32,000 nucleotides of DNA from Nostoc sp. UHCC 0702. Its GTDB lineage: Bacteria; Cyanobacteriota; Cyanobacteriia; Cyanobacteriales; Nostocaceae. The notes beneath the pieces were generated by a model. That model saw nothing but the letters and a program-made list of their open reading frames with translations. It made no database searches and was not told where the DNA came from. The stretch is from positions 3,479,918-3,511,917 of the forward strand of contig CP071065.1 in NCBI GenBank assembly GCA_017164015.1. Reading direction: 5' to 3'. Below are positions 7,901 through 15,846 of the stretch, one piece after another; positions within the stretch are counted from its first letter, which is position 1, and every line of letters starts with the position of its first letter. The position numbers were made by a program, and so were the translations under genes.

Positions 7901-9524
7901 TGGGCAATCCATCTTTGACCTCTACCCGACTGAAATTGCTCAGCAGCATTTCGATAACATTCAAACAGTCATACAGACAAATCAGGTACTTGAGGTGATT
8001 GAGGTCGCTCCCCGACCAGATGATACCCTGGGTGAGTTCTTAGTATACAAATTCCCTATTCCCGGATTGTCTGCACAAAAGTTAGTCGGTAGGGTGGCGA
8101 TTGACATTACAGAACGCAAGACTCTGGAGCGAGAACTGGCTCACAAGCAACAGTTATTGGATGCGTTTATTACCAGCGCCCCTGTGGGGATGACTGTCCT
8201 CGATGAACAACTGCGTTACTCGTTGATTAATGAAGCATTAGCAGAAATTAATGGCATTCCCGCAAAGGCACATATTGGCAAGACCCAGTGGGAGATTGTC
8301 CCAGATCTCGCACCAAAGCAACAAGAGGTTTTGCGCCATGTTTTGACCACAGGTGAACCAATATTGGATTTTGAAATTAGCGGAGAAACTACAAAACTTC
8401 CCGGTGTGATGCGGACTTGGCTAGCTTCCTACTTTCCGATTCGCTCTGTTGAGGCTAAACCTGTGGGAGTTGGCATTGTGGTGTTGGAAATTAGCGATCG
8501 CAAACGCGCTGAACGCATGTTAGAACTGCAAGCAGTCATTACCCGTAATATGGCGGAGGGAATTTGTTTGGTTAGTGCTACTAATGACATGATTGTCTAC
8601 GCCAACCCCAAATTCGAGCAAATGTTTGGCTACGCTCCTGATGAGCTAATAGGGCAAGATGTGTCAATTCTCAACTATGGAGATGAAAATATTTCTCCTC
8701 AAGAGGTGAGTCAGACAATTAGAACTGCTGTCCTCCAACAGGGTGAAGCTACCTATGAAGTCCACAATGTGAAAAAAGATGGCACTCCCTTCTGGAGTAG
8801 CGCCACCACATGTGTTTTTGATCATCCTGAATATGGAAAAGTGCTTGTGGCTGTCCAACAAGATATCACCGAACAAAAACAAGCAGAAGAACAAATTAAA
8901 GCATCTCTCAAAGAAAAAGAAGTATTACTTAAAGAAATTCATCATCGCGTCAAAAACAACTTAGGAATTGTCAGCAGCTTATTGCAAATGCAGTGCAGAC
9001 GTATAAAAGATGCTCAAGCCACGGCAATTCTCCGTGATAGCCAAAACCGCATTGCCTCGATTTCCTTGGTTCATGAAAAACTCTACCGCTCTGAAGATTT
9101 AGCCAATATCGATTTTGCTCAATACATTCCAGATTTAACCACTCATTTATTTGATTCTTACAATGTTAGCTCTAACCAAATCAAGCTGAATATTCAAGTT
9201 GACGGTGCGAGTTTGGACATTGAAACCGCCATTCCTTGCGGTTTGATTATCAATGAACTAGTTTCCAATGCTTTGAAATACGCCTTTGTTGATGGTCGTG
9301 CAGGTGAAATACTGGTGAAGTTTTATCAATCAAGCGATCGCTCTTTAACGCTGATTGTTCGAGACAATGGCATTGGTCTACCTGGGGACTTTGATAGCAA
9401 AAAAGCTAAAACACTAGGTATCAGTCTGATCCAAGGATTAATCAAGCAGTTAAGGGGAAGCCTTGAGATTAACTGCCAGCAAGGAACAGAATTTAAAATT
9501 AATCTTCAAAAAGGCAAAGGATGA
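4962..9524 (+). CDS. Sensor histidine kinase: ETR1-like ethylene-binding membrane domain, about nine PAS/PAC domains, HisKA_2 and HATPase
   Basis: 1520-aa ORF (TTG at 4959, ATG at 4962). The N-terminus reads VSDFLIALAYYSIPVTLLYFVRKRQDLPFNWIFLLFATFIVTCGTTHLMEIWTLW, which matches the ethylene-receptor helices I-II including the Cys/His pair. PAS cores recur (WDWDISTNE.., WEFDLASQK.., WEWNLIEQK.., WDWDVQTGA.. and others). The H-box is EIHHRVKNNLGIVSSLLQMQ, the N-box is NELVSNALKYAF, and there are VRDNGIGLP and TLGISLIQ. Confidence 0.9.
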   Translation: MLELWKVLLAYKQFVPHGHCYLWKPDLVGLHIVSDFLIALAYYSIPVTLLYFVRKRQDLPFNWIFLLFATFIVTCGTTHLMEIWTLWYPTYWLSGCIKAITALVSVYTGITLIQLIPKILALPSSAQLEAANQELEREIKERKRAEEALRHSKQRWQLAIAGTNEAIWDWDISTNETFRSERWFKMLGYDRHELGNSDEEWGKRIHPDDYERVNAAQTAYLLRQALDYNTEYRLLCKDGNYRWFRSRAKAVWDEQGNPVRLVGSLGDVSDRKQAELALQEREAMLRRIGDNLPNGAVYQVIRELDGSDRFSYMSAGIERLTQVKAEDALLDASLLYRQFIPEDVPRLEAAVEQSRQNLSIFDIQLRIQTPSGQLKWFHFRSTPRRLEDNRVVWDGLVVDVTALKLTESRLRKSKALLEESQQVARVGNWEFDLASQKITWSKQLFQLFNRDPEQSEPTYQENLQLYYPEDAGKLAQAVERAISTGESYKLILRVSQPDGSVMYTEGIGHAELNADGKVIRLYGTAQDVTERQAALNELQEAQEKLRRSETLLATAQKIAHMGSWEWNLIEQKQIWSTETFRIFGLNPAKSAPTQAEFMQLVHPDDRPALQTHFVTAIAQGTPFNVEYHIVRPDNSLRYLESRAEVAYDTQGQTIRLYGAILDITERKQTELEITKSRDLLEAVYNESADALFLVDIESGLTTDCNNRAVELFAASSKAELIGIVGQTLQKVQFTDDELTSITEEVKHQGVWSREIEYVTKQGNCFWGNIAVKQIQVVDQLMNLVRVTDISVRKRAEAERQQVEAALAKSEEQLRLTLEFNQIGIWDWDVQTGAVIWNDNHFRLLGLEPENKAVKYQLWRDAVHPEDIDRVEQMITNALTKHTSYDAEYRVIHPDGKVRWLTGKGRSIYNQAGKPVRMLGVLIDVSDRAFAEEALRSSEARFQAFMDNSPVLAWITDANGHVLYLNQTYLRTFKLLPDRVIGQSIFDLYPTEIAQQHFDNIQTVIQTNQVLEVIEVAPRPDDTLGEFLVYKFPIPGLSAQKLVGRVAIDITERKTLERELAHKQQLLDAFITSAPVGMTVLDEQLRYSLINEALAEINGIPAKAHIGKTQWEIVPDLAPKQQEVLRHVLTTGEPILDFEISGETTKLPGVMRTWLASYFPIRSVEAKPVGVGIVVLEISDRKRAERMLELQAVITRNMAEGICLVSATNDMIVYANPKFEQMFGYAPDELIGQDVSILNYGDENISPQEVSQTIRTAVLQQGEATYEVHNVKKDGTPFWSSATTCVFDHPEYGKVLVAVQQDITEQKQAEEQIKASLKEKEVLLKEIHHRVKNNLGIVSSLLQMQCRRIKDAQATAILRDSQNRIASISLVHEKLYRSEDLANIDFAQYIPDLTTHLFDSYNVSSNQIKLNIQVDGASLDIETAIPCGLIINELVSNALKYAFVDGRAGEILVKFYQSSDRSLTLIVRDNGIGLPGDFDSKKAKTLGISLIQGLIKQLRGSLEINCQQGTEFKINLQKGKG

Positions 9525-11197
9525 CCACCATGAATATTTTATCACAGACACAGACAACAAAAACAATTAAAATTTTGATTGTTGAAGATGAGTTTATCCT
9601 TGCGGTCAATTTACAAGAAAGTTTAGAATCCCTTGGCTACTCTAGTATAGAAATTGTAGATACCGCAGAAGGGGCAATTGAGAAAGCAACTGAACTGCGT
9701 CCCAACTTGATTTTGATGGATATCCGGTTGCGGGGCGATATGGACGGTATCCAAGCCGCAGAACAAATCTGGAATCGTCTGCAAATTCCCATCATTTACG
9801 TCACCGGACACTCTGACAAAAGTACTGTAGAGCGGGCAACGCTGACATCACCTTTTGGTTACATCCTCAAACCTGTCAGAGAACAAGAACTCTACGTTGC
9901 CATTCAAACCACACTCACTCGCTACGAACGCGAGCAATTTTTGAGTAGTGTGCTTCGAGGAATGGGGGATGGGGTAATTGTCATAGATCCGCAGTTGCGT
10001 ATCAAGTTCCTAAATCCGGCAGCTGAAGCCCTCACAGGGTGGCGACATGATGAAGCAAAGAACCGCATGTTAGATCAGGTGATGAAACTCGTTGACGAAC
10101 AAACTCTGCTACCCGCAAACAATCCCCTGATATCAGCTTTAGTACAACAAACCACTGTATATCTAGGCAATCGTGTTTTATTGATCAACAGAAACGGCAC
10201 AACCATTCCTGTAGCTGATAGTGCTACTCCCTTGAGAAACCACGACGGTGAAATTACTGGTGCTGTGATGGTTTTTCGGGATGACACCCAACGCAGGTTA
10301 ATAGAAGAACGCAATCTGGCGGCAGAACATGCCCAACAACTAGAAATTCAAATGGCGGAACTTCAACGCCTCAACCAATTGAAAGAGGACTTTTTGAGAG
10401 CTACTTCTCATGAAATGCGAACGCCTTTATCAAATATCAAAATGGCAATTACTGTGCTGGAAACTATTCTCAATCAGCAGAGTATTTTGCCACCTGAGCC
10501 ACCTGATGCATCTTCATCGGTATCGCTTTACCTAAACATCTTACGTAATGAGTGTGAACGAGAGTTAGACTTAGTAGACGATTTGCTGAATATGCGATTT
10601 ATTGATGCAGGTGTTTATCCACTAGAATTAACTGCAATTCATCTGCAATTTTGGCTACCTCACATCACTGAAAGTTTTCAACAACGCCTAGAAGCTCGAC
10701 GGCAAACTTTAGAGGTTAGCGTTGATCTAGATTTACCACCTATAGTCACAGATTTGGCAATTTTGACTCGCGTCATCTCAGAATTACTCAACAATGCTTG
10801 CAAATACACACCGTCTGGGGAACAGATTACAGTCATAGCTAAACTCGCCTCGACTACAAACAGTCAAATTGATGTATCTCCTGATGCTCAAACTTCACGC
10901 GTGCAAATTACCATTAGTAATTCTGGGGTAGAAATCCCCATAAAAGAACAAACTCGCATCTTTGACTTGTTTTACCGGATTCCTGAAAGCACTATTAAAG
11001 AACAAAATCTGATTTTAGAGTTGTTTGACGAGATTGCTATAGGCAAACCAGGACAAAGTAATAGTGTAGGATTAGGGTTAGCCTTGGTGAAAAAGCTAGT
11101 GCAATATCTCCAAGGTGCGATCGCACTTAGTAGCAGTCAAGGTTGGACAAGATTCACAGTTGAGTTGCCATTAACTTTGGTGGACATTGACCATTGA
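9521..11197 (+). CDS. Hybrid kinase: N-terminal receiver (REC), PAS, HisKA and HATPase
   Basis: 558-aa ORF whose ATG overlaps the upstream stop (ATGA at 9521-9524). REC: KILIVEDEFILA..LILMDIRL..KP. PAS: LRGMGDGVIVIDPQLRIKFLNPAAEALTGW. H-box: SHEMRTPLSNI. N-box: ELLNNACKYTP. G2: GLGLALVKKLV. Confidence 0.9.
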   Translation: MTTMNILSQTQTTKTIKILIVEDEFILAVNLQESLESLGYSSIEIVDTAEGAIEKATELRPNLILMDIRLRGDMDGIQAAEQIWNRLQIPIIYVTGHSDKSTVERATLTSPFGYILKPVREQELYVAIQTTLTRYEREQFLSSVLRGMGDGVIVIDPQLRIKFLNPAAEALTGWRHDEAKNRMLDQVMKLVDEQTLLPANNPLISALVQQTTVYLGNRVLLINRNGTTIPVADSATPLRNHDGEITGAVMVFRDDTQRRLIEERNLAAEHAQQLEIQMAELQRLNQLKEDFLRATSHEMRTPLSNIKMAITVLETILNQQSILPPEPPDASSSVSLYLNILRNECERELDLVDDLLNMRFIDAGVYPLELTAIHLQFWLPHITESFQQRLEARRQTLEVSVDLDLPPIVTDLAILTRVISELLNNACKYTPSGEQITVIAKLASTTNSQIDVSPDAQTSRVQITISNSGVEIPIKEQTRIFDLFYRIPESTIKEQNLILELFDEIAIGKPGQSNSVGLGLALVKKLVQYLQGAIALSSSQGWTRFTVELPLTLVDIDH

Positions 11198-11250
11198 CCA
11201 TTGACCATTGACCATTGACCATTGACCATTGACCATTGACCATTGACCAT
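11185..11250. repeat. STRR heptamer array (CATTGAC, about 9.4 copies) between two convergent genes
   Basis: Read directly. The TGA stop of the hybrid kinase (11195-11197) lies inside the array, and the aroE stop follows immediately at 11251. Confidence 0.95.
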
Positions 11251-12132
11251 TCACTCTAAACCTAAATGATTTAGCAATGCTTGGCGCATCACCTCTTCAG
11301 GCACAGTTTGTTGCTGCAACCAGATTTTGAGGGCTGCTACTCCTTGCTGTACTAGCATTTCTAAGCCATCAATGGCAATTGCACCTTGTTTTTGGGCAAG
11401 TTGCAGAAATTGCGTTGGTTTAGGGACATATATTAAATCATAGGCGATCGCACCATCAGGCAAATTCTTAATTTCCTCTGCACTCAAAGGTGACTCGTCC
11501 ACTTTGGGATACATCCCAATAGGAGTTGTATTTACCAGCAAATTCGCATGGGTAATCAAATTTGGGAGATTGTTCCATGTATGAACTTGCAAATTCATAG
11601 CTATGGGTGAATTGTCCCAACTACGGCGAAATTCTTCTAACTTTTGCAAATTGCGCCCCACAACATGAATTTGTGCGAAACCAAGTTGGTGACAACCTGC
11701 TACAACAGCCCTAGCTGCACCACCATTACCTAAAATCACCGCTACCTTCTGACTCCAATCTTGTTGATATGTTGTTTGCAAAGGAGCGATAAATCCTTCT
11801 ATATCTGTGTTTGTACCTACCCATTGATGATTTTGGCGGCTGACAGTATTAACTGCGCCTATAGCTTGGGCGATGGGAGTAATTTCTGATAACAACGGCA
11901 TAATTGCCTGTTTGTGAGGAATTGTCACGCTAAAGCCCACAACCCCAACAGCAGCAAAACCTGCGATCGCAACTTCTAAATTTTCTGGTTCTATAGGAAA
12001 AGGAAGATAAACATAATCTAAACCCAATTGAGCGATCGCAGCATTATGCATCACCGGCGACAGCGAATGTTCTACCGGATGTCCAATAACGCCTAGCAGT
12101 TTACTTTTACCTGTAATTAATACTTTAGTCAT
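11251..12132 (-). CDS. aroE: Shikimate 5-dehydrogenase
   Basis: 293-aa ORF with LLGVIGHPVEHSLSPVMHNAA, SVTIPHKQ, NTD and the ILGNGGAARAV Rossmann motif typical of AroE. Confidence 0.9.
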   Translation of the reverse strand: MTKVLITGKSKLLGVIGHPVEHSLSPVMHNAAIAQLGLDYVYLPFPIEPENLEVAIAGFAAVGVVGFSVTIPHKQAIMPLLSEITPIAQAIGAVNTVSRQNHQWVGTNTDIEGFIAPLQTTYQQDWSQKVAVILGNGGAARAVVAGCHQLGFAQIHVVGRNLQKLEEFRRSWDNSPIAMNLQVHTWNNLPNLITHANLLVNTTPIGMYPKVDESPLSAEEIKNLPDGAIAYDLIYVPKPTQFLQLAQKQGAIAIDGLEMLVQQGVAALKIWLQQQTVPEEVMRQALLNHLGLE

Positions 12133-12247
12133 TTGTCAGTTGTCAGTTGTCAGTTGTCATTTGTCATTTGTCAGTAATTATTTTCTTTCCCTCCCCTGTT
12201 CCCCTGCTCCCCTGCTCCCCTGCTCCCCTGCTCCCCCGCCCCTCACC
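12133..12247. repeat. Composite STRR cassette: (TTGTCAG/TTGTCAT) x6 abutting the aroE start codon, a spacer, then (CCCCTGCT) x about 5
   Basis: Read directly. It has the same composition and order as the cassette at 22383-22578. Confidence 0.9.
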
Positions 12248-12288
12248 TAGCCTACAATTATTAAGGCTACTTAACATTTATTAGAATT

Positions 12289-13227
12289 ATGCAGGCAACT
12301 ACAGCCTCCTCTACAACCCCAATTCCCGGCAAATATTGGCAGTGGCGAGGGCATAAAATTTACTATGTGCGTGCGGGAGAGAAACAACCGCAACGTCCAC
12401 CCTTGCTATTTGTGCATGGGTTTGGTGCTTCCACAGACCACTGGCGCAAGAATATCACAGGATTGTGTCAAGATTTTGAAGTATTTGCGATCGACCTTTT
12501 GGGCTTCGGACGTTCAGCAAAACCCAAATTGCAGTATACTGGCGATTTGTGGCGTGACCAACTTCATGATTTTATCAGTGAAGTCATTGGTCAAAAAGCC
12601 GTGTTAGCAGGTAACTCCCTTGGTGGTTATGCTTGCTTGTGTGTTGCTTGTCAACGTCCTGACAGTGTGGCTGGTGTAGTGTTACTCAATAGCGCCGGGC
12701 CGTTTAGTGATACTCAATCTATATCAGAACCAGAAACTTTAAAGTCACAAATTCAGCCTAAACAACAACCCTCTGCTTTAGAAAAACTATTGGGTTATGG
12801 TGCTAGGTGGATTTTTCAACAACCTTTAGCCCAGTTTTTATTATTTCAATACTTGCGGCAAGGTTGGGTAATTCGCCAAACTTTAGAAAAGGTTTATCTT
12901 GATAAAAGTGCAGTCACCGACCAATTAATAGAAGAAATTGCTCGTCCTGCTTATGATCCTGGTGCATTGGATGTGTTTTTATCAATCTTTAGTAATCCTC
13001 AAGGGGAAAAAAATGATGTGCTACTCAAGCAATTAACTCGTCCTTTATTGCTCTTATGGGGAGAAGCTGATCCTTGGATGAATACTAGAGAACGTTCCCA
13101 AAAGTTTCGTCAATATTATCCTGAACTTACAGAACATTTTCTCAGGGCGGGTCATTGTCCCCATGACGAAGTACCACAACAAGTAAATCCACTTTTACGT
13201 GATTGGGTTTTATCTATTTCCCAGTGA
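12289..13227 (+). CDS. Alpha/beta-fold hydrolase
   Basis: 312-aa ORF with the oxyanion region LLFVHGFGAS, nucleophile elbow GNSLGG, acid GEADPW and His in GHCPHDE. Confidence 0.85.
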   Translation: MQATTASSTTPIPGKYWQWRGHKIYYVRAGEKQPQRPPLLFVHGFGASTDHWRKNITGLCQDFEVFAIDLLGFGRSAKPKLQYTGDLWRDQLHDFISEVIGQKAVLAGNSLGGYACLCVACQRPDSVAGVVLLNSAGPFSDTQSISEPETLKSQIQPKQQPSALEKLLGYGARWIFQQPLAQFLLFQYLRQGWVIRQTLEKVYLDKSAVTDQLIEEIARPAYDPGALDVFLSIFSNPQGEKNDVLLKQLTRPLLLLWGEADPWMNTRERSQKFRQYYPELTEHFLRAGHCPHDEVPQQVNPLLRDWVLSISQ

Positions 13228-13253
13228 TCTAAAATTCGCTGTCTATTCAAGTT

Positions 13254-13287
13254 AATGGTAGAGAATATGATTCTTTACCATTTTTTA
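13254..13287 (+). terminator. Putative intrinsic terminator of the hydrolase gene
   Basis: Stem aatggtagagaat / attctttaccatt (12 of 13 pairs, loop atg) runs into a T tract (13281-13286). The stem is AT-rich. Confidence 0.55.
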
Positions 13288-13329
13288 TCTTAATTTTGCA
13301 TCTTTAGTATTATCTGCAATAATTTATGT

Positions 13330-13953
13330 ATGAGCAAATATAAAATCTTAAAACCTGACCAAAGCTATACTTTCAGCCAGTATTTTTCCCTAACTAATCC
13401 GACACCAGAGATTCTAGCTGAGTTTGAATACAGCTATGAGCGTACAAATTTGGATTTGTCTCAGTATCCTGATGAAATAAATTATTTGGAGTTTTTGCAA
13501 GGATATTTAAAACGTAATATTAGGCTTTTTAATCCTGTAGCAGAAATATCAATTCGAGAATTTATGATTGCTCCTATTCTTACTGAAATATGCGACCAAA
13601 CAAAGGCTCAACTATATAGTGAGTATCCCCTGAATGTAAATGATCAGCTCAAAGGTAGTTTAGATTATTACTTGCATAAGTCTAATTCACTATTAGTTAT
13701 TGAAGCAAAACAATCAGATATCAGAAGGGGATTTACACAGCTAGCAGTAGAATTAATAGCTCTGGATAAATTCTTAGATAATCAATCACTTATTTTATAT
13801 GGGGCAGTGACTAACGGGGATGATTGGAAATTTGGTACACTTCATAGAGAACAGAAGGTAGTTACAGAAGATATTAAACTTTATCGCGTTCCTGAAGGTT
13901 TAGAAGATTTAATCAGAGTACTAGTGGGCATTCTTTCAACATCAACATATTAA
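13330..13953 (+). CDS. PD-(D/E)xK nuclease-fold protein resembling the type I restriction HsdR N-terminal domain
   Basis: 207-aa ORF with GSLDYYL ... LLVIEAKQ ... GFTQ ... YGAVTNGDDWKF. This is the D / E-x-K / Q / TNG..W.F arrangement of the HSDR_N family as I remember it. Confidence 0.6.
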   Translation: MSKYKILKPDQSYTFSQYFSLTNPTPEILAEFEYSYERTNLDLSQYPDEINYLEFLQGYLKRNIRLFNPVAEISIREFMIAPILTEICDQTKAQLYSEYPLNVNDQLKGSLDYYLHKSNSLLVIEAKQSDIRRGFTQLAVELIALDKFLDNQSLILYGAVTNGDDWKFGTLHREQKVVTEDIKLYRVPEGLEDLIRVLVGILSTSTY

Positions 13954-14666
13954 TGGGCATGATGTGACTTAATTTGTTGTTCTATTTGGTCACTAATAAT
14001 CTCGGTTCCCATACCCGATTGGTCAAGATTAACCCTAATAAAATTTGTCTTGTCTTTTTCTGTAAATTTTTTATCATTATTGGAGTCTTTGTTAATTTTG
14101 AGAAAAAGTGCATTTTGACTGGCAACAACAACCCAATTGATGATTTGACTATTATTTGGCGTAATTTGTTGGAGATTCTTGCCTGATAAATCAGAAAAAT
14201 AGCCAATAATTGCATCTTCTGAGTTGAGTTTTTTGTCTTGGTTGGTATCCTGGTCAATAATTCTATACAACCAAAATTTTGTAGGCGGTTTATTTGCTGT
14301 TTTTGTTTCTAATAAATCAAAAGAATTAATAATTGCCTTTTTATTTAATAACAGATTATTTACACCATCTTGTTTATGATAAAATATGATATTATGCAAA
14401 GATTTGTTGTCTCTTTCGTAAGACTTCAAACGATTTAAATTACCTTCTTTTTCTTGAGAAGAATCTGTGACATAAACTGGTATCATCAAATAATCTGATT
14501 GTTCTTTAATGATTAATTCACCATAGTCAACATTTGGTTCTGTCTTTTGGTTTTCAGCAGCCTTGACTTGCTCTTTGTTTCTGGTAGTAGCTGGCTCACA
14601 AGACAAACAAAGCCCAGCTATGATCATAGCTGTAGATATTCTCTTCAAAACTCTATCATTCTTCAT
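13950..14666 (-). CDS. Exported (possibly lipid-anchored) Asn/Lys-rich protein with two EF-hand-like loops
   Basis: 238-aa ORF. The N-terminus is MKNDRVLKRISTAMIIAGLCLSCEP, a hydrophobic segment ending in Cys residues. Loops DTNQDKKLNSED and DSNNDKKFTEKD are present. Its stop overlaps the stop of the convergent gene (13950-13953). Confidence 0.6.
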   Translation of the reverse strand: MKNDRVLKRISTAMIIAGLCLSCEPATTRNKEQVKAAENQKTEPNVDYGELIIKEQSDYLMIPVYVTDSSQEKEGNLNRLKSYERDNKSLHNIIFYHKQDGVNNLLLNKKAIINSFDLLETKTANKPPTKFWLYRIIDQDTNQDKKLNSEDAIIGYFSDLSGKNLQQITPNNSQIINWVVVASQNALFLKINKDSNNDKKFTEKDKTNFIRVNLDQSGMGTEIISDQIEQQIKSHHAH

Positions 14667-14785
14667 TAAGTTGTCCCAGCAGTATATATTGCTGTCCTAT
14701 TTTATTCGCTGTTGGAAAATCAGCAAGACAGCGATACTTTTCATATCAAGTTCGGCTAATTACTTACGATATAGTCGGTTTGCTT

Positions 14786-14857
14786 GGTAATAGGTAATAG
14801 GTAATGGGTAATAGGTAATACTCAAAACCAATTACCAATTACCAATTCCCAATTACC
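14786..14857. repeat. Inverted pair of heptamer arrays, (GGTAATA) x5 then (CCAATTA) x4
   Basis: Read directly. The arms are complementary at 6 of every 7 positions, which gives a long imperfect hairpin. Confidence 0.85.
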
Positions 14858-14924
14858 GACCTCCACAGATATCATAAGTGTTTAAACGGACATGATATCA
14901 TAGGTGTGTGAATTACTCATTTAA

Positions 14925-15105
14925 GAAAGCATTCAGCTGTTTGCTTGCGGAAAACACCAAAATTAGTGTGCGTTCTACTGAAATGAGTAAGCATTCAAGC
15001 TTTTTGCTTGCGGAAAACACCAAAATGAGAAAGCAATCAAGCATTATTAGTAAGCAAACAGCTTAAATGATAAAGTTTTCGTGTATTTCGAGTAAGCAAT
15101 ATAGC
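14925..15105. repeat. Five copies of a ~14-17-nt motif (TGAGWAAGCAWTCAAGC-like) spaced 62, 42, 21 and 42 bp apart
   Basis: AAGCA cores begin at 14927, 14989, 15031, 15052 and 15094. Copies 1 and 2 are each followed by ttgcttgcggaaaacaccaaaat. Confidence 0.7.
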
Positions 15106-15203
15106 GTTTTTGGTGCTGATGAGGTATCGCTAGCTGATGTAGGTTGGGTGAAGCGAAGCGCAACCCAACAAAATCCTGACCTAATAGCGTTTTATTTTAA
15201 TTT

Positions 15204-15300
15204 TGATACAAATAGGCAGCTATAGAGCAGGGGTGCAGGGGTGCAAGGGTGCAGGGGAGCAAAGACTTGTATCAGTAATTGAGTGAAACGGTATGAACCG
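15204..15300. repeat. Dispersed ~90-bp element, copy B
   Basis: Same flanks as 4650-4740. The core here is (G[TA]GCA[GA]GG) x5. Confidence 0.7.
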
Positions 15301-15328
15301 TATTGGTTTATAAATAGCTTCTAAAATT

Positions 15329-15360
15329 AAAAAACCTGGTGCAGATTGACCAGGTTTTTT
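15329..15360. terminator. Bidirectional intrinsic terminator-like hairpin
   Basis: aaaaaacctggt-gcagattg-accaggtttttt. The 6-bp GC-containing stem can be extended by A6/T6 pairing, and there is a U tract on either strand. Confidence 0.6.
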
Positions 15361-15753
15361 AAAATTTACAGGATTCAAATTGGTTAACTTGTAATTCAGG
15401 AGTTTTACAGCTAAGGTGGACATAACAACTAGCAAACTCAGCATTTTCTGTTTTTCCGCTTTGGGATTTGGCTTAGCCTTGTATACTTCCCTTTTCTATA
15501 TATACTTGGCTTTTTACCACTTAACTATTGTTATGCTGAAACTTGCTTGGGCTGCTGACGGGAGACACCTTGTCATTTGCCCGTTTACTTTGGTTGTGGT
15601 TTGTTTGGTGTCCTACTATTTAAGTTATCACTCAATTGGTAATTATCAAACCTCAGTTTACTAAACTTGACGTTTTGTAGAACTTTGCAATATATAGGAC
15701 TCATATTTGATTTTTTAACAAAACTTAGTACACCTTTATTCCTTCTTCCCAGT

Positions 15754-15846
15754 CCCCAGCGATGCACTGAGCTTGTCGAAGTGTCCCCAGCGATGCACTG
15801 AGCTTGTCGAAGTGTCCCCAGCGATGCACTGAGCTTGTCGAAGTGT
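15754..15846. repeat. 31-bp unit ccccagcgatgcactgagcttgtcgaagtgt in three exact tandem copies, embedded in CCCCAGT heptamers
   Basis: Units start at 15754, 15785 and 15816. A further copy lies inside the S8 peptidase ORF at 21642-21672. Confidence 0.9.

Noticed and set aside
11185-11250. I considered whether the tandem arrays here and at 12133-12247, 17877-17924 and 22383-22578 could be CRISPR arrays
   Set aside because: The units are 7-9 nt and directly abut one another with no unique spacers. This is the STRR class of cyanobacterial micro-repeats and not CRISPR.
15416-15664. 82-aa hydrophobic plus-strand ORF (GTG start) in the non-coding island
   Set aside because: The start is non-ATG, the nearest AGGAG is about 15 nt upstream, the sequence is rich in Leu/Phe/Tyr as expected from AT-rich DNA, and I recognise no family. 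It remains possible but is unsupported, so I did not report it as a feature.
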